Positions 28,824 through 39,455 of a stretch of 64,000 nt of DNA are shown here, piece after piece; the first letter of the stretch is position 1, and each line of letters opens with the position of its first letter. The notes under the pieces are model-generated. The model did no database searches. It saw only the letters and a program-made list of their open reading frames with translations, and had not been told where the DNA came from. The stretch comes from an uncultured Acidobacteriota bacterium (GTDB taxonomy: Bacteria > Acidobacteriota > Terriglobia > Acidiferrales > UBA7541). The position numbers and the translations under genes were made by a program. Where the stretch lies: the NCBI GenBank assembly GCA_963733775.1, contig CAVTEE010000004.1, positions 5,060-69,059 of the forward strand, written 5' to 3'.

Positions 28824-30721
28824 GGGCGTGCTCCCGTTCCGGCCACAGGTGCCACACTTTGTGCTGCCACCGCAGGCAGCGCGTCTTCAAATCCCGGCGG
28901 CGGCAGAATCGGCGGCCGCTCATGTGCATGTGCCCGTTTCTGCACTTCCATCTCCGAGAAAATAATTGCCGGGGCCACTGCCGCTACCGGCACGCTCCCG
29001 CTTTCCGCCCCGCAGATTCCGTTGAACACATGCTCTTGATCCCCGGTAGCCACGATGCGCGTCAGCGCCGCCAACGGTGTGCCCACAATATCCACTCCCC
29101 GCACCAACTCGTCTGGTCGCCCATCAACATAAACTTTGTAAACAATCACCGGCAGCACCTGGAACGCTTGCGGCAAAGACCGGGTCGTCAGCGTAAATCC
29201 GCCCTGAATGTCGTCGAAGTACAGCCCGTACGGCTTCCCCTGCTTCTTCACTTCATCGATCAGCTTCTGGCGCATCTCTTTTTCAGGAATCGTCTGGCTG
29301 GAAGTCACAATCAAATTTCCCTGTCTCCCGGTGGGCATCAGCCCCGGCTGGTTTCGTCCGTGCCCATTGGAAACTCCGAAATTTTTGATCGGCATTCGCG
29401 ACATCAGAAAATTCTTCAGCACTCCATTTTGGATGACATCCACACGCTGAGCGGGCGTCCCCTCATTGTCAAAATCATACGACCCTGAAAGTTTCACATC
29501 GCCAATCTGCTTCGTCGTCGGATCGTCGGTCACGCTTAAAAATTTCGGCAGCACTTCCTGCCCCACCATCTTCGTAAAAGTCTGTCCTTCTTCCTCGTCT
29601 CGCTGCCGGTGCCCTTCCAGTCGGTGCCCTAGCACTTCATGAAAAAACACCGCCGCCGCTCGTCCACTCAATAGCGCCGGTCCGTCATACGGTTCAGCAA
29701 CCGGAGCCGCCCGCAGCGCCTTCAAATCCGCTGCCATCTTCTCGATTTTTGCGGACAATTCGCTTTCCGCCGGCAATCCTTTGGCCGTCGGTGCCTGGAA
29801 AGTCTCTACTCGCAACAATTCCATGCCATCGTCAGCACGCGTTTGGGCTTCCATAATCAATCGCGTGGAGGCGCTGGGAGTAACCACCGTGCTGCCTTCG
29901 CTGTTCACCATCCGCGCGTTCGAGTTCTGCACCTGCAGCATCACGCTTCCGAAATACACGTCGGGATATTTCCGGAATATCGCTGACAATCTCTTAATCT
30001 CGCCTTCCCACGTAGCCCGGTCCAACGTAACCGGCACCTTCGCCTCACCAATGTGCGTAGCCGATGCCTCTTTCGAAAAATCAGGCGACTTATCCTCTTC
30101 TTCCGCGCGCACTGCGGTATTCGTTCGCACATTCATCAGCGAAGGAACCGCCCGCTTGTACTCCCGGTCCGTTAGCTCCCAAAGTACCCGTCCAATGGCA
30201 TCTTGGTCGTCCGAGAGCGGCAAAGATCCCGACGTCACCCCGCTTGCCCGGCTCTGCCCGTGCGTATTGTCTAGCGCATGCGTGCCCACCCGCATCGTTA
30301 CGTCCGCCTGCCGCCGTTTGGCCGCCGCGTCCGTCAGCAAGCTCCCGTAGGCTCCAACGAGAACAACATAGTCCTGGTCGTATACCGTGTAGCTCAAGTA
30401 GTAGGGCGCCTGGTCAGTTTTTCCCAACTCGGTGCTGGCCCGCGAAAGCTCCGCCTGCATCACCTTCAACACCGGGTCGTTCGGGCCTTTCTTGGCGTCC
30501 ACTGCGGCCGAAGTACTTCCAGGGCCAGTCGTGGCTTCGGTCGAGACGGCCCGATCAGTTCGGCCCGCTGCGGAATCTTCCGCGGTCGCCCAACCAGCAG
30601 GTGCCACTACCAATTGCGCGCAAACCACCCCGCACGCCACCATACGCGATGCCAAACAAATGGCGTCCTTCGCCCCTACACTCCGGCGTCCATACTTTTT
30701 TGCTGGGCTAAAATTGATCAT
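28820..30721 (-). CDS. TldD/PmbA-family metallopeptidase, TldD-like (HExxxH present), exported
   Basis: 633 aa; FFHEVLGHRLEGHRQ matches the TldD HExxGHxxE zinc site. Hydrophobic N-terminal region with an RR pair (YGRRSVGAKDAICLASRMVACGVVCAQLVVAPA). Confidence 0.75.
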   Translation of the reverse strand: MINFSPAKKYGRRSVGAKDAICLASRMVACGVVCAQLVVAPAGWATAEDSAAGRTDRAVSTEATTGPGSTSAAVDAKKGPNDPVLKVMQAELSRASTELGKTDQAPYYLSYTVYDQDYVVLVGAYGSLLTDAAAKRRQADVTMRVGTHALDNTHGQSRASGVTSGSLPLSDDQDAIGRVLWELTDREYKRAVPSLMNVRTNTAVRAEEEDKSPDFSKEASATHIGEAKVPVTLDRATWEGEIKRLSAIFRKYPDVYFGSVMLQVQNSNARMVNSEGSTVVTPSASTRLIMEAQTRADDGMELLRVETFQAPTAKGLPAESELSAKIEKMAADLKALRAAPVAEPYDGPALLSGRAAAVFFHEVLGHRLEGHRQRDEEEGQTFTKMVGQEVLPKFLSVTDDPTTKQIGDVKLSGSYDFDNEGTPAQRVDVIQNGVLKNFLMSRMPIKNFGVSNGHGRNQPGLMPTGRQGNLIVTSSQTIPEKEMRQKLIDEVKKQGKPYGLYFDDIQGGFTLTTRSLPQAFQVLPVIVYKVYVDGRPDELVRGVDIVGTPLAALTRIVATGDQEHVFNGICGAESGSVPVAAVAPAIIFSEMEVQKRAHAHERPPILPPPGFEDALPAVAAQSVAPVAGTGARP

Positions 30722-30818
30722 TAACAGTGAACTCCAATCGGTATGACGATTCGAACTGCCTGAACTACGAAAAACCAGGGAGAAGCCGAGTATGCCTCAG
30801 CGCTGGCCCACGCGCAAT

Positions 30819-31758
30819 TTAGCTGTTACCAAAGCGTTCTTGTTTGGCTAACCGTGCCCCGTTCACGAATTCTTGTGCCGACACTTCCGCGCGTCCTTCC
30901 AGTTTGACGGTCAAAACACGCAAAACGGTTGCGTCCCCGCAAGCTACTCGCAATTCGCCGCCTTCCAGAAGCAACGTTCCAGGAGCCGCTGGCGCGCCTT
31001 CTCGCCTTGCGGGTTTCCCCGAAAGGTGACAGGTCTTCCCTCGAAACGTGGTGTATGCCCCGGGCCACGGCTCGAAACCTCGCATCCGATTGAAAATCTC
31101 CAGCGCGGATCGTTCCCAGTCAATTCTTCCGTCCTCTTTCTTCAGCAAAGGCGCGTAGGTCGCCAAAGCATCATTCTGTTTCTTCGGCGTAACCAGCCCA
31201 TCCGGCAGTCCACGTAACGTCTCTATCATCAACTTCGCGCCCACTTCCGCCATCCGCGCAGCCAACTCCGGCGAGGTCTCCGCCGGCAAAATCTCAATTT
31301 CTTCCTGCAGCAACATGTCCCCGGTATCCATGCCCGCATCGATGCGCATGGTAGTTAACCCGGTCTTGGTCTCCCCATTCGCAATCGCCCAGTTGATTGG
31401 CGCCGCGCCACGATATTTTGGCAGCAAGGAAGCATGCAGATTGATCCAGCCGCATCTCGAAATCGGCAAAAGCCCAGCGGGAATGATCTGTCCATAGGCG
31501 ATAATTACGAAGCATTCGGGCTCGAAACTTTGCAGCAGCTCTCGCGCCTCCGGAGCGCGAATCTTAACCGGCTGGCGCACGGGTATCCCGGCCTCCAAGC
31601 GCAGTTTCTTTGACCGGAGAGAACGAAACTTCCTGCCCCCGTCCTCGCGGCCGGTCTGGCTGCGTAATCACCGCCACCACCGTGTGACTCGGATCCGCCA
31701 GTATGGCCTTCAGCGTAGGCACCGCAAAGGCAGGCGTTCCGCAGAAAACTATCCGCAT
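30819..31758 (-). pseudogene. fmt: methionyl-tRNA formyltransferase, reading frame broken by an apparent +1 nt insertion (or sequencing error)
   Basis: ORF 31564..31758 encodes [20 protein letters not shown]...[24 protein letters not shown] and then goes out of frame. ORF 30819..31598 continues [13 protein letters not shown]...INLHASLLPKYRGAAPINWAI... Removing one G from cttGGagg (plus strand 31594-31595) restores ...KETALEAGIPV... Confidence 0.85.
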
Positions 31759-31879
31759 GAGTATCCTTCCGACCCGTAATAGTTATGGGACGTATTCAAC
31801 CTGACTTGACGTTACGACAGCAATGAAAAATCCACGCAGGAATTCTGAGGAATAGCAGGCCAATCCCTAACTACTAAAT

Positions 31880-32476
31880 TTACCACTCGCCTTGCTTTCT
31901 GAGCTTCTTGATCTTTCGCCGGATCAGGTCGCGTTTCAGCATACTCAGATGCTGAATGAACAAAATGCCGTTAAGATGATCGATCTCATGGCAGAACGCT
32001 CGCGCCAGTAAATCTTCTCCGCGAATCTCAAAAAATTCGCCCTTGGCATTTTGCGCCTTCACCGTCACAAATTGCGGCCGCACTACGTACCCGCGAAACC
32101 CCGGAATAGAAAGACAACCCTCTTCCTCCCGCTTTTCGCCTTCCGCATGAATAATTTCCGGGTTAATCAGTACAATTTTTCCTTCCGGATTTTTCCCCGC
32201 AGTCACATCCACCACCGTCAGGCGCAGATTTTTCCCGATTTGCGGAGCGGCCAGCCCCACGCCTTGCGCCGCATACATCGACGCGAACATGTCCTCGGTC
32301 AACTCCTCTAGCTCCGGCCCAAACTCCGTAATCACAGGCGAGGGCTTTTCCAGAATCGGATCGCCGTACTTAATAATTGAATAAATCTTCCGCGGAGGTC
32401 CCAATGGCACTGCTGGCGCCGCAGTTTCAGCCGTCGTCGCGGCCACAGGCTCAGAATTCGTCGATTTGTCGGGCAT
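31880..32476 (-). CDS. def: peptide deformylase
   Basis: Motifs GVGLAAPQIG, EGCLSIPG and HEIDHLNG. The likely start is Met at 32476 (MPDKSTN...), overlapping the aroC 3' end by 26 nt. Confidence 0.92.
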   Translation of the reverse strand: MPDKSTNSEPVAATTAETAAPAVPLGPPRKIYSIIKYGDPILEKPSPVITEFGPELEELTEDMFASMYAAQGVGLAAPQIGKNLRLTVVDVTAGKNPEGKIVLINPEIIHAEGEKREEEGCLSIPGFRGYVVRPQFVTVKAQNAKGEFFEIRGEDLLARAFCHEIDHLNGILFIQHLSMLKRDLIRRKIKKLRKQGEW

Positions 32477-33638
32477 AGTTATCGAAATTCCGCCGCATCT
32501 CCGCCAGCGAATCTCCTCCAAATTTTTGCAGAAAAGCATCCGCCAACACAAGCGCTACCATCGCTTCTCCCGCCACTCCTGCAGCCGGGACCACGCACCA
32601 GTCCGAGCGCTCGTACGCCGCCTGCACCGGCTCCTTCGTCACCATATCCGCTGTGTGCAACGCACGCCTCAACGTCGAAATCGGCTTCAAATATCCCCTC
32701 ACCACCACGTCTTGCCCGTTGGTAATCCCGCCTTCGACTCCCCCCGCGCGATTGGACGACCGCGAAAATCGCTTGGCATCCCGGTCGTAAGAAATTTCGT
32801 CCTGCACTTCGCTGCCATAAGATCCCGCACCCGCAACGCCCGCCCCAATCTCCACGGCCTTCACCGCTTGAATGCTCATCACCGCTTGCGCCAGCCGGCC
32901 ATCCAGTTTTTCATCCCACTGCGCATGGCTGCCCAGTCCCACCGGCACATTGTGCGCCACCACCTCAAAGATCCCGCCCACCGTATTCCCAGCCTTCAAC
33001 GCCGCGTCCACTTCCGCTTTCATTTTTTCTTGCAGGTCTGCGTCCACGCAACGCAGCGGCGACTCAAGGTCCTCGCTCACGGCCCGAATCTCGTCCCACG
33101 AAGCGCCACGCTCCATAGCAACGTGCCCCACGCGAATCGTGTGACTCGCAATCTCCGTCCCAAGTTCGCGAAGCAACAACTTCGCAAACGCTCCAGCTGC
33201 CACCCGCGCCGCCGTCTCTCTCGCCGACGCCCGCTCCAAAATATATCGCGCATCATGAAAATTAAATTTCTGCGACCCCGCCAGATCCGCATGCCCAGGC
33301 CGCGGCGCCACCAGCTTCCGTTCCTTCCCAACCGATTCCGCCGACTCTTCCACTGGCAAACTATTTTCCCAATTAGCCCAGTCCCGATTCTCAATCCGCA
33401 AAGCCACCGGAGCGCCAATTGTCTTCCCATGCCGCACCCCGGCAAAAATGTCCGCGCGATCCTTTTCGATTTTCTGTCGACCCCCGCGCCCATAACCAAG
33501 TTGCCGCCGGTGTAGCTCATGGTTAATGAACGCCACATCCACAGGCAGCGAAGCCGGCAGCCCCGAAATAAAAGCCAGCAACGCCTGTCCGTGCGATTCA
33601 CCCGCAGTGTAGAAATGCAGCATCCCTAAGGCATCCAT
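32451..33638 (-). CDS. aroC: chorismate synthase
   Basis: FYTAGESHGQAL..., RPGHADL..., SARETAARVAAGA, GGVEGGITNG. Confidence 0.93.
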   Translation of the reverse strand: MDALGMLHFYTAGESHGQALLAFISGLPASLPVDVAFINHELHRRQLGYGRGGRQKIEKDRADIFAGVRHGKTIGAPVALRIENRDWANWENSLPVEESAESVGKERKLVAPRPGHADLAGSQKFNFHDARYILERASARETAARVAAGAFAKLLLRELGTEIASHTIRVGHVAMERGASWDEIRAVSEDLESPLRCVDADLQEKMKAEVDAALKAGNTVGGIFEVVAHNVPVGLGSHAQWDEKLDGRLAQAVMSIQAVKAVEIGAGVAGAGSYGSEVQDEISYDRDAKRFSRSSNRAGGVEGGITNGQDVVVRGYLKPISTLRRALHTADMVTKEPVQAAYERSDWCVVPAAGVAGEAMVALVLADAFLQKFGGDSLAEMRRNFDNYARQIDEF

Positions 33639-33812
33639 CCTGGAGAAATTGAATTACCCAGCGTAATTGGAGAATGGAGTGTATCTGCCGACCCGCCGCC
33701 GCGTCCAGTTTTCGCTGGGGTAGGTTTGCTTTTTGCAATGACGCGATCGGAGTGTCTTTCGCGTCATCCGCGCCCACATATTCTTAGCGTCAGTTTACGG
33801 CTTGCTCGCAAA

Positions 33813-34496
33813 ATGAGAGCGGAGACAACCTTGCCCTCGCGGCGCCTCATTTCAGCCGTCTTACTCGCCGCGCTACCCAGCTTATTCAGCTGGTGGACTC
33901 TTTCGTGTAACCATCCGCCCAAGGAACCGCCGGCTGTGACGATCAACAAACAGTCTGTCAATTTTGCCAGCCGCACCTTCGATCCGGCCCACCCGCCGTC
34001 CGATATGCCACCTCTGACTGAGGGCGAATACGCCGGGTGCGATTCGAATTTTTTATCCAACGTTACTGTCGCTGGACAGAGCCGCCAAAGCGATGCCACC
34101 CACGCAACCATCTCGGTTACGCACATCAAGATGGACTTGCAGCTCAACCTCACTATCTGGGAGCCCAGCGGCGCAAGTGAACGCGTCACCGAACACGAGG
34201 AAGGCCATCGTCAAATTGCCGAATATTATTACCAAGTCGCCGCCAAACTAGCAGAGCGAATCGCCACCACTTACCTCGGCAGACAAGTTGAAATCGCCGG
34301 CACAGATATCCAAGCCGAGTCCAATAAGTTTCTTCAACAAACCGCCGCCGCTGTCACTGCGGATTACAGCAGGGAACTAAACCCCGCGCCGGCGCAATTG
34401 CTCTACGACAGCATCACCGACCACAGCCGAAATGAGGTTGTCGTCAAGGATGCCGTCGAGCACGCCATAAAAAACGCCGCAGTCGAAGCTCCTTAG
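33813..34496 (+). CDS. exported protein with HExxH motif, possibly DUF922/COG5661-like putative Zn-protease
   Basis: ORF 33726..34496. An internal Met at 33813 gives a signal-like MRAETTLPSRRLISAVLLAALPSLFSWW. The motif TIWEPSGASERVTEHEEGHRQIAEYYY resembles my recollection of the DUF922 pattern. The family call is tentative. Confidence 0.45.
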   Translation: MRAETTLPSRRLISAVLLAALPSLFSWWTLSCNHPPKEPPAVTINKQSVNFASRTFDPAHPPSDMPPLTEGEYAGCDSNFLSNVTVAGQSRQSDATHATISVTHIKMDLQLNLTIWEPSGASERVTEHEEGHRQIAEYYYQVAAKLAERIATTYLGRQVEIAGTDIQAESNKFLQQTAAAVTADYSRELNPAPAQLLYDSITDHSRNEVVVKDAVEHAIKNAAVEAP

Positions 34497-34518
34497 CCAG
34501 CACCGCGATTTACGATAG

Positions 34519-37500
34519 TTAAAACGACAACCGTAGCGCTAGCTGGATGATGCGAGGGTCATAGGTTCCCGTAATCTCGCCAAAACTGCTGTTGTTGATG
34601 TTGGTGCCAGGCGCCCCACCGGCGAAAATGCCATCGCCATTGTTGGTGACACCTGGATTAAGAAAATTCGCATGATTGAAAATATTGAAGAATTCCGCTC
34701 GGAACTCCAGTTTTATTCGTTCAGTTATGACCGTGGTCTTGGAAAATGCCAAATCAAAGTTGGCATAGCTCGGCCCACGAAAGAAATTTCTGGGGAGGGT
34801 TCCGTACGTGGCCAGCGCCGGATTTGCGACCACCTGCGAGTTTGCCGGCAATATCGTTGGCCCGGGGGTACATGTTGCTAAAGGGTGGTTGACGTCGCCG
34901 CATTGCGCACTACTGAGGCTGTTCGGGTTGAAGAAAAAGTTTCCTGGGCCGTTGCCGAAGTTCTGCACCGTTCGTGGATCGAACGCACTGGTCCAACAAT
35001 GTTGGCGTGGACGTCGGTTGGGTCTCCGGCACCGGAAGGGCCTTCCGCGCCCGGGTTAAAGCGATCGGCCAACCGGGCAAAAACGTCGAAAGGTAAGCCC
35101 GAACGCCAGGTAACGATGGGGAACAAGCTCCAGCCCTGCGTTAGCCTCTTGGGCCCGGAATTCCAGGCGTGGTCGATTGGCAGATCCCATCCGCCGCTGA
35201 AGGTGATACGGTTCCGCACGTCCTGGTCGCTCGAGGCGCGAAACAAATTGGGTGAATAAGACGGGACCTCGGAGTTTCTCTGGCGAAAGCCGGATGCATT
35301 GTCAATGCTGTGAGCAAATGTGTATGCCAGCGTAAAATAAGTCCGGCCGAATAAATGTGAATCCGCCACCTGCTTTGTTAAACTCGATTGCAAGCTGTTG
35401 TAGTTGGCCTTCGACACATTCTTAAACTCCGGCAGTCCGGCGAAACTGCACACCGCGCTCGGGCTCGCGCCGGAAGTTGAGTTTCCTGCTTCATCCACGC
35501 AGGCGCTATTTCCTGGCGTGAGGTTGAGGATCCGGTTGGTGGTTCCAAGAATGAACGGATTCACGTCGATCAACGAAGTCAATCCGTGCGAACTGCTCCC
35601 AACGTAACTGATTTCCAGCACTGTGTTAGGCGCAACTTCATGCTGCAGGCTCAGGTTGTATTGATACGTGTAAGGTGTGCGCAGATTCGGATCGACAAGA
35701 AATACTACTCCGGAGGCATTGATGGGCAAGAAACCGGCCGCTCCAAAATCCAGATTGCCCGGCGGGGCATGCGAGGGAAATGGATTGGGCGTAGGCGGTG
35801 AAGCATTGGCAAAGGGATCAGCGAAGAATGGGTAAGGGCCCGCTTGACCTGCCGTGTGTGGACTGAAAAATAGTCCTGCTCCTCCGAAAAATGGCGGCTG
35901 GCCGTTGAACTGCAAGTTATCCTCGCCTTTTAATACGTCGTAGAACACGCCGAAGCCGCCACGCAGGCTGGTCTTGCCATTTCCAAACACATCCCACGCG
36001 AAGCCAACCCGGGGCGCCCAATTTTTTGTATCAGGAAAGTTCACCCCAGTTGGCGCCCCTGGGTCGCCGGGGAAAACTAATCCCACCGGCGCGTTAACGA
36101 ATCGTTGCGATTGATCGCCTGGAATGCCGGAGAAAGACCGTCCTTCAGTATCAGATTTCGGTGAATTGTATTCGTACCGGATCCCTAGGTTCAGCGATAA
36201 GCGTTTTGTTAAGCGCCACTCGTCCTGAAAAAATCCATAGTAAGACTTGCTGCGGATGTTTGATGGTGCTGAAGGCGATTGGAAGTATTGCGTTGGCGCG
36301 CCAATCAAAAAGTCTGCCAGCGAGTTCCCGCTAGCGGACCCGTTGAAATCAAATTCGCCGTTAACGATAAAATCAAATACCGTATTGTTCTGGTACGCCG
36401 AAATCCCTCCTCCCATCTTGAAATTGTTTCTGCCATGTATATAGCTGAGAGTGTCGGTGAAGCCAAAGGTGTTGTTAACCAGGCGTGTAGGACCTTGTTC
36501 GCTGAGTCCCAACGACATCCCGTTGTCGAACAGTATGTTCGGAGGGCCCGTCGGTTGGTCGAGTGTAGTTCCAATTCCCAATTCCGCAGCGGTAGGGAGC
36601 TTAGTCGCCGGTGCATCCTGCAACAGATTGTTTCGCTGAATGAATACCCGGAATTCGTTCACCATGTTTGGCGAGATGGTACGGGTGTAGGCTAGATTTC
36701 CGAAGTAACTGTTATTTTGGGTGGTGTTCCCGAATCCCGGCACGGTTGCAAATTGAAATGGATTTAATTGCGGATTGCGTATACCGCCGAGCGTGACCGT
36801 CAGTTTGTCTTTCTGGGAAATAATGAAGTCTGTTTTGATTGTTAGCTCATTGTTGTTATCAGTATGCGCGCCCTGGAAACTTGCAGTGCCGCCTGCCGCC
36901 GTGGGAAACAGCCCAGCGGCGATATATTTTTGCGCGACGGGATCGAATTTTGCCGGATCAATGATGCCGCATGCAGCGGCCGCCGCATTCGCTTGAAAAA
37001 ATGGATCGGCTTGCAGAAATGCCGATACCTTTGGATCGGCGTTTGGGCAATTTCCGGGGACCCCTCCACTGGAAAAATCGCCCGTTAACTGGGCTGGGGT
37101 GTATACCGGAAAGTCTCCACTGGTTTGTTGCGAGCTAAGTCGCTGGCCCTGGTAGCCTACAAAGAAAAACAGCCGGTCCTTCTTAATGGGGCCGCCAAAT
37201 GTGCCGCCGTACTGATTTCGCTTCAGCACATCGCGATTCAACCCCTCTACTTTGTTAAAAAAAGTGTTGGCGTTAAAGTCGTCATTGCGCAAAAACTCGA
37301 ATCCGCTGCCATGAAATTCGTTTGTTCCGGACTTGGTGACGACGCTGATTACTCCCCCGCCGTTGCGTCCATACTCCGAGGAATAGTTGCTCTCCAGAAT
37401 CCGAAATTCGGCCACCGTATCTGGGTTGGGATTGAAAACTACGGCGTTGTCGAGAAGGTTGTTATTCAGTCCTCCGTCCAGTAAATACGTGACTGAATCG

Positions 37501-38060
37501 GTCCGGCCTCCCGCGATGCTGAAGTTACCTTTCGCTGTTGAATCTCCGTTTGTTTCTGTCACTCCCGGCAGTAACAGCGCAAGATTGAGAACGTTTCTGC
37601 CGTTCAGGGGCGCTTGCTGAATTGCCTCGCCCTGGACCGTGGCGCCGACCGTCTGATTCACGGTTTCAATGGCTGTCGCTTGGTCTTTCACCTCGACGAT
37701 TTCGTTCTGCTGACCAAGCTCCATTCTTGCGTCTAGCCGGAGCGCTTGGTTGATTTGCAATCCTTGCCGCTCGAATACCTGGTTGCGGAATCCGGAATGT
37801 TCAAAAATAACTGTATACGTGCCGATGGCAAGCCCGACCACCTGATAAAATCCGTTTGCGTCTGTGACTGTTTTTTGCACGTCACTCGTCCCGGTGTTTG
37901 TCACCGTGACAGTAACGTCTGAGATCGGCGCTCCACTCTGATCCGTGGCGTTGCCAACGATACGACCAGTTGCGTCCTGACCCCATGCTGTTGCGGCGGC
38001 CAGCATAAGCAACATTAGACTCACTACGAGATTCCACCTCTTCGACGAAGGCCTGTTCAT
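34519..38060 (-). pseudogene. TonB-dependent outer-membrane receptor with N-terminal CarboxypepD_reg domain; apparent frameshift near its 3' end (or sequencing error)
   Basis: ORF 34878..38132 has a signal peptide from Met 38060 (MNRPSSKRWNLVVSLMLLMLAAATAWG), GRIVGNATDQSGAPISDVTVTVTN and plug/barrel segments. The terminal barrel strands, ending ...IIQLALRLSF, are in ORF 34519..34968 in another frame. The frames meet around 34976-34991 (..NIVGPVRS / FDPRTVQNFGNG..). Confidence 0.8.
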
Positions 38061-38545
38061 GAACCGTCCCTCTTCAAATTGATTTTCTAAGCTGCGTTTT
38101 TTAGCGGTGCGGCCTTCAGGTGTCGTTAGCACCCGAAGTGTAACTACATGGGAGGAGTCAACCCTGGCGGAAAAAATCCATTGAAACGCTGACGCTCATC
38201 CCGCTCTGTCAAAAATTCCAATCGAACCGACAGTAATGGATCAAAACAGCGACTGTGTCATGTTGTTGTCAAATTTATGTGCAATCGATGTCAATCGGAG
38301 AAATTCGGCCGGATACTCTCTGTACACAACGGTCGTGTTAGTGCGAGCAATTTTTATGAATTTAGATTCGCGGATATTACTTAGAGGCGGCCTCGAAAAG
38401 GAATCATTCAGACGTTGATGAAGGATGTTGCTTTCAATGCTCAGAATGCCTGACCCACGCACTTACTTGACGGCCATCATCTGCACGGTTACGCTTTCCT
38501 CGTACCCATTCGCACTGCTTCACCGCGTCCAGAAAAAAGGTCATC

Positions 38546-39385
38546 GTGGCAGGCACTCCACTTCAAATCGAGCGCGACTCCACTCCAGAACCCAGGCTCT
38601 CCGTCGTCGAGGTCTTGGTTGACTCCCTGAAGCGTTGGGTGTTCAGCGTTCAGGACTATTCATTAATGGCCGCCCGCTCGGTAAAAAATCTCGCCAGTGG
38701 CCCCCGCTATTTTCAAGACACTCTCGACCAAATGGACGACATCGGAGTAGGCTCCCTGCCAATCGTTCTGATCTCCGGCTTCTTCATCGGCGCCGTCATG
38801 GTGTTACAAACCGGCTCGCAATTCACCCGTTTTGGACAAGCCGCGCTCACCGGTGACATTGTGGCCATCGCACTGGTCCGCGAACTCGGACCAACTCTAA
38901 CCGGCATTCTGGTCGCCGGTCGCTGCTCTTCCGGTATCGCTTCAGAATTAGGCTCCATGCTCGTCACCGAGCAAGTCGACGCTATGCGCGCCATGGGCAC
39001 CGACCCCAGCCGCAAGTTAATAACTCCGCGTGTCCTCGCCACCGTCTTGATGCTGCCATTGCTCACCGCCCTCAACGATTTCGTAGGCTTACTCGGCGGC
39101 TGCGTTGCGTCCGTTTTTTCCCTGCGTTTAGGCGCCGTAGAATTTTGGACCCGCGCTATCAAAGCTCTCGACTTCGCCGACTTGATGCAAGGTTTCACCA
39201 AGCCCATGGTTTACGGTTTCATCCTCGCGACCGTGGGCTGCTACAAAGGACTCAACGTCCGCGGCGGCACCCAAGGTGTTGGTCGCGCCACCACTCAAGC
39301 CGTGGTTCTTGCCTCCGTCTTGATTATCGCCGCCGATCTCTTCCTCACTAAATTGGCCTTGTACCTTGGAGACAAACTTTTTTAG
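38546..39385 (+). CDS. mlaE: MlaE-family ABC transporter permease (phospholipid transport)
   Basis: 279 aa; GVGSLPIVLISGFFIGAVMVLQTGSQFTRFGQ and EQVDAMRAMG, typical of MlaE/Ttg2B. Confidence 0.85.
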   Translation: MAGTPLQIERDSTPEPRLSVVEVLVDSLKRWVFSVQDYSLMAARSVKNLASGPRYFQDTLDQMDDIGVGSLPIVLISGFFIGAVMVLQTGSQFTRFGQAALTGDIVAIALVRELGPTLTGILVAGRCSSGIASELGSMLVTEQVDAMRAMGTDPSRKLITPRVLATVLMLPLLTALNDFVGLLGGCVASVFSLRLGAVEFWTRAIKALDFADLMQGFTKPMVYGFILATVGCYKGLNVRGGTQGVGRATTQAVVLASVLIIAADLFLTKLALYLGDKLF

Positions 39386-39455
39386 TTCCTGCTCATCTAC
39401 ACCCACAGCATTCTTTCGTGACATTCCGGCAACGCTACGAATTGCCCTATAATTC

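Noticed and set aside
31560-31600. Programmed ribosomal frameshift in fmt
   Set aside because: There is no slippery heptamer or downstream structure at the junction, and no precedent I know of for fmt. A one-base indel (error or mutation) is the simpler explanation.
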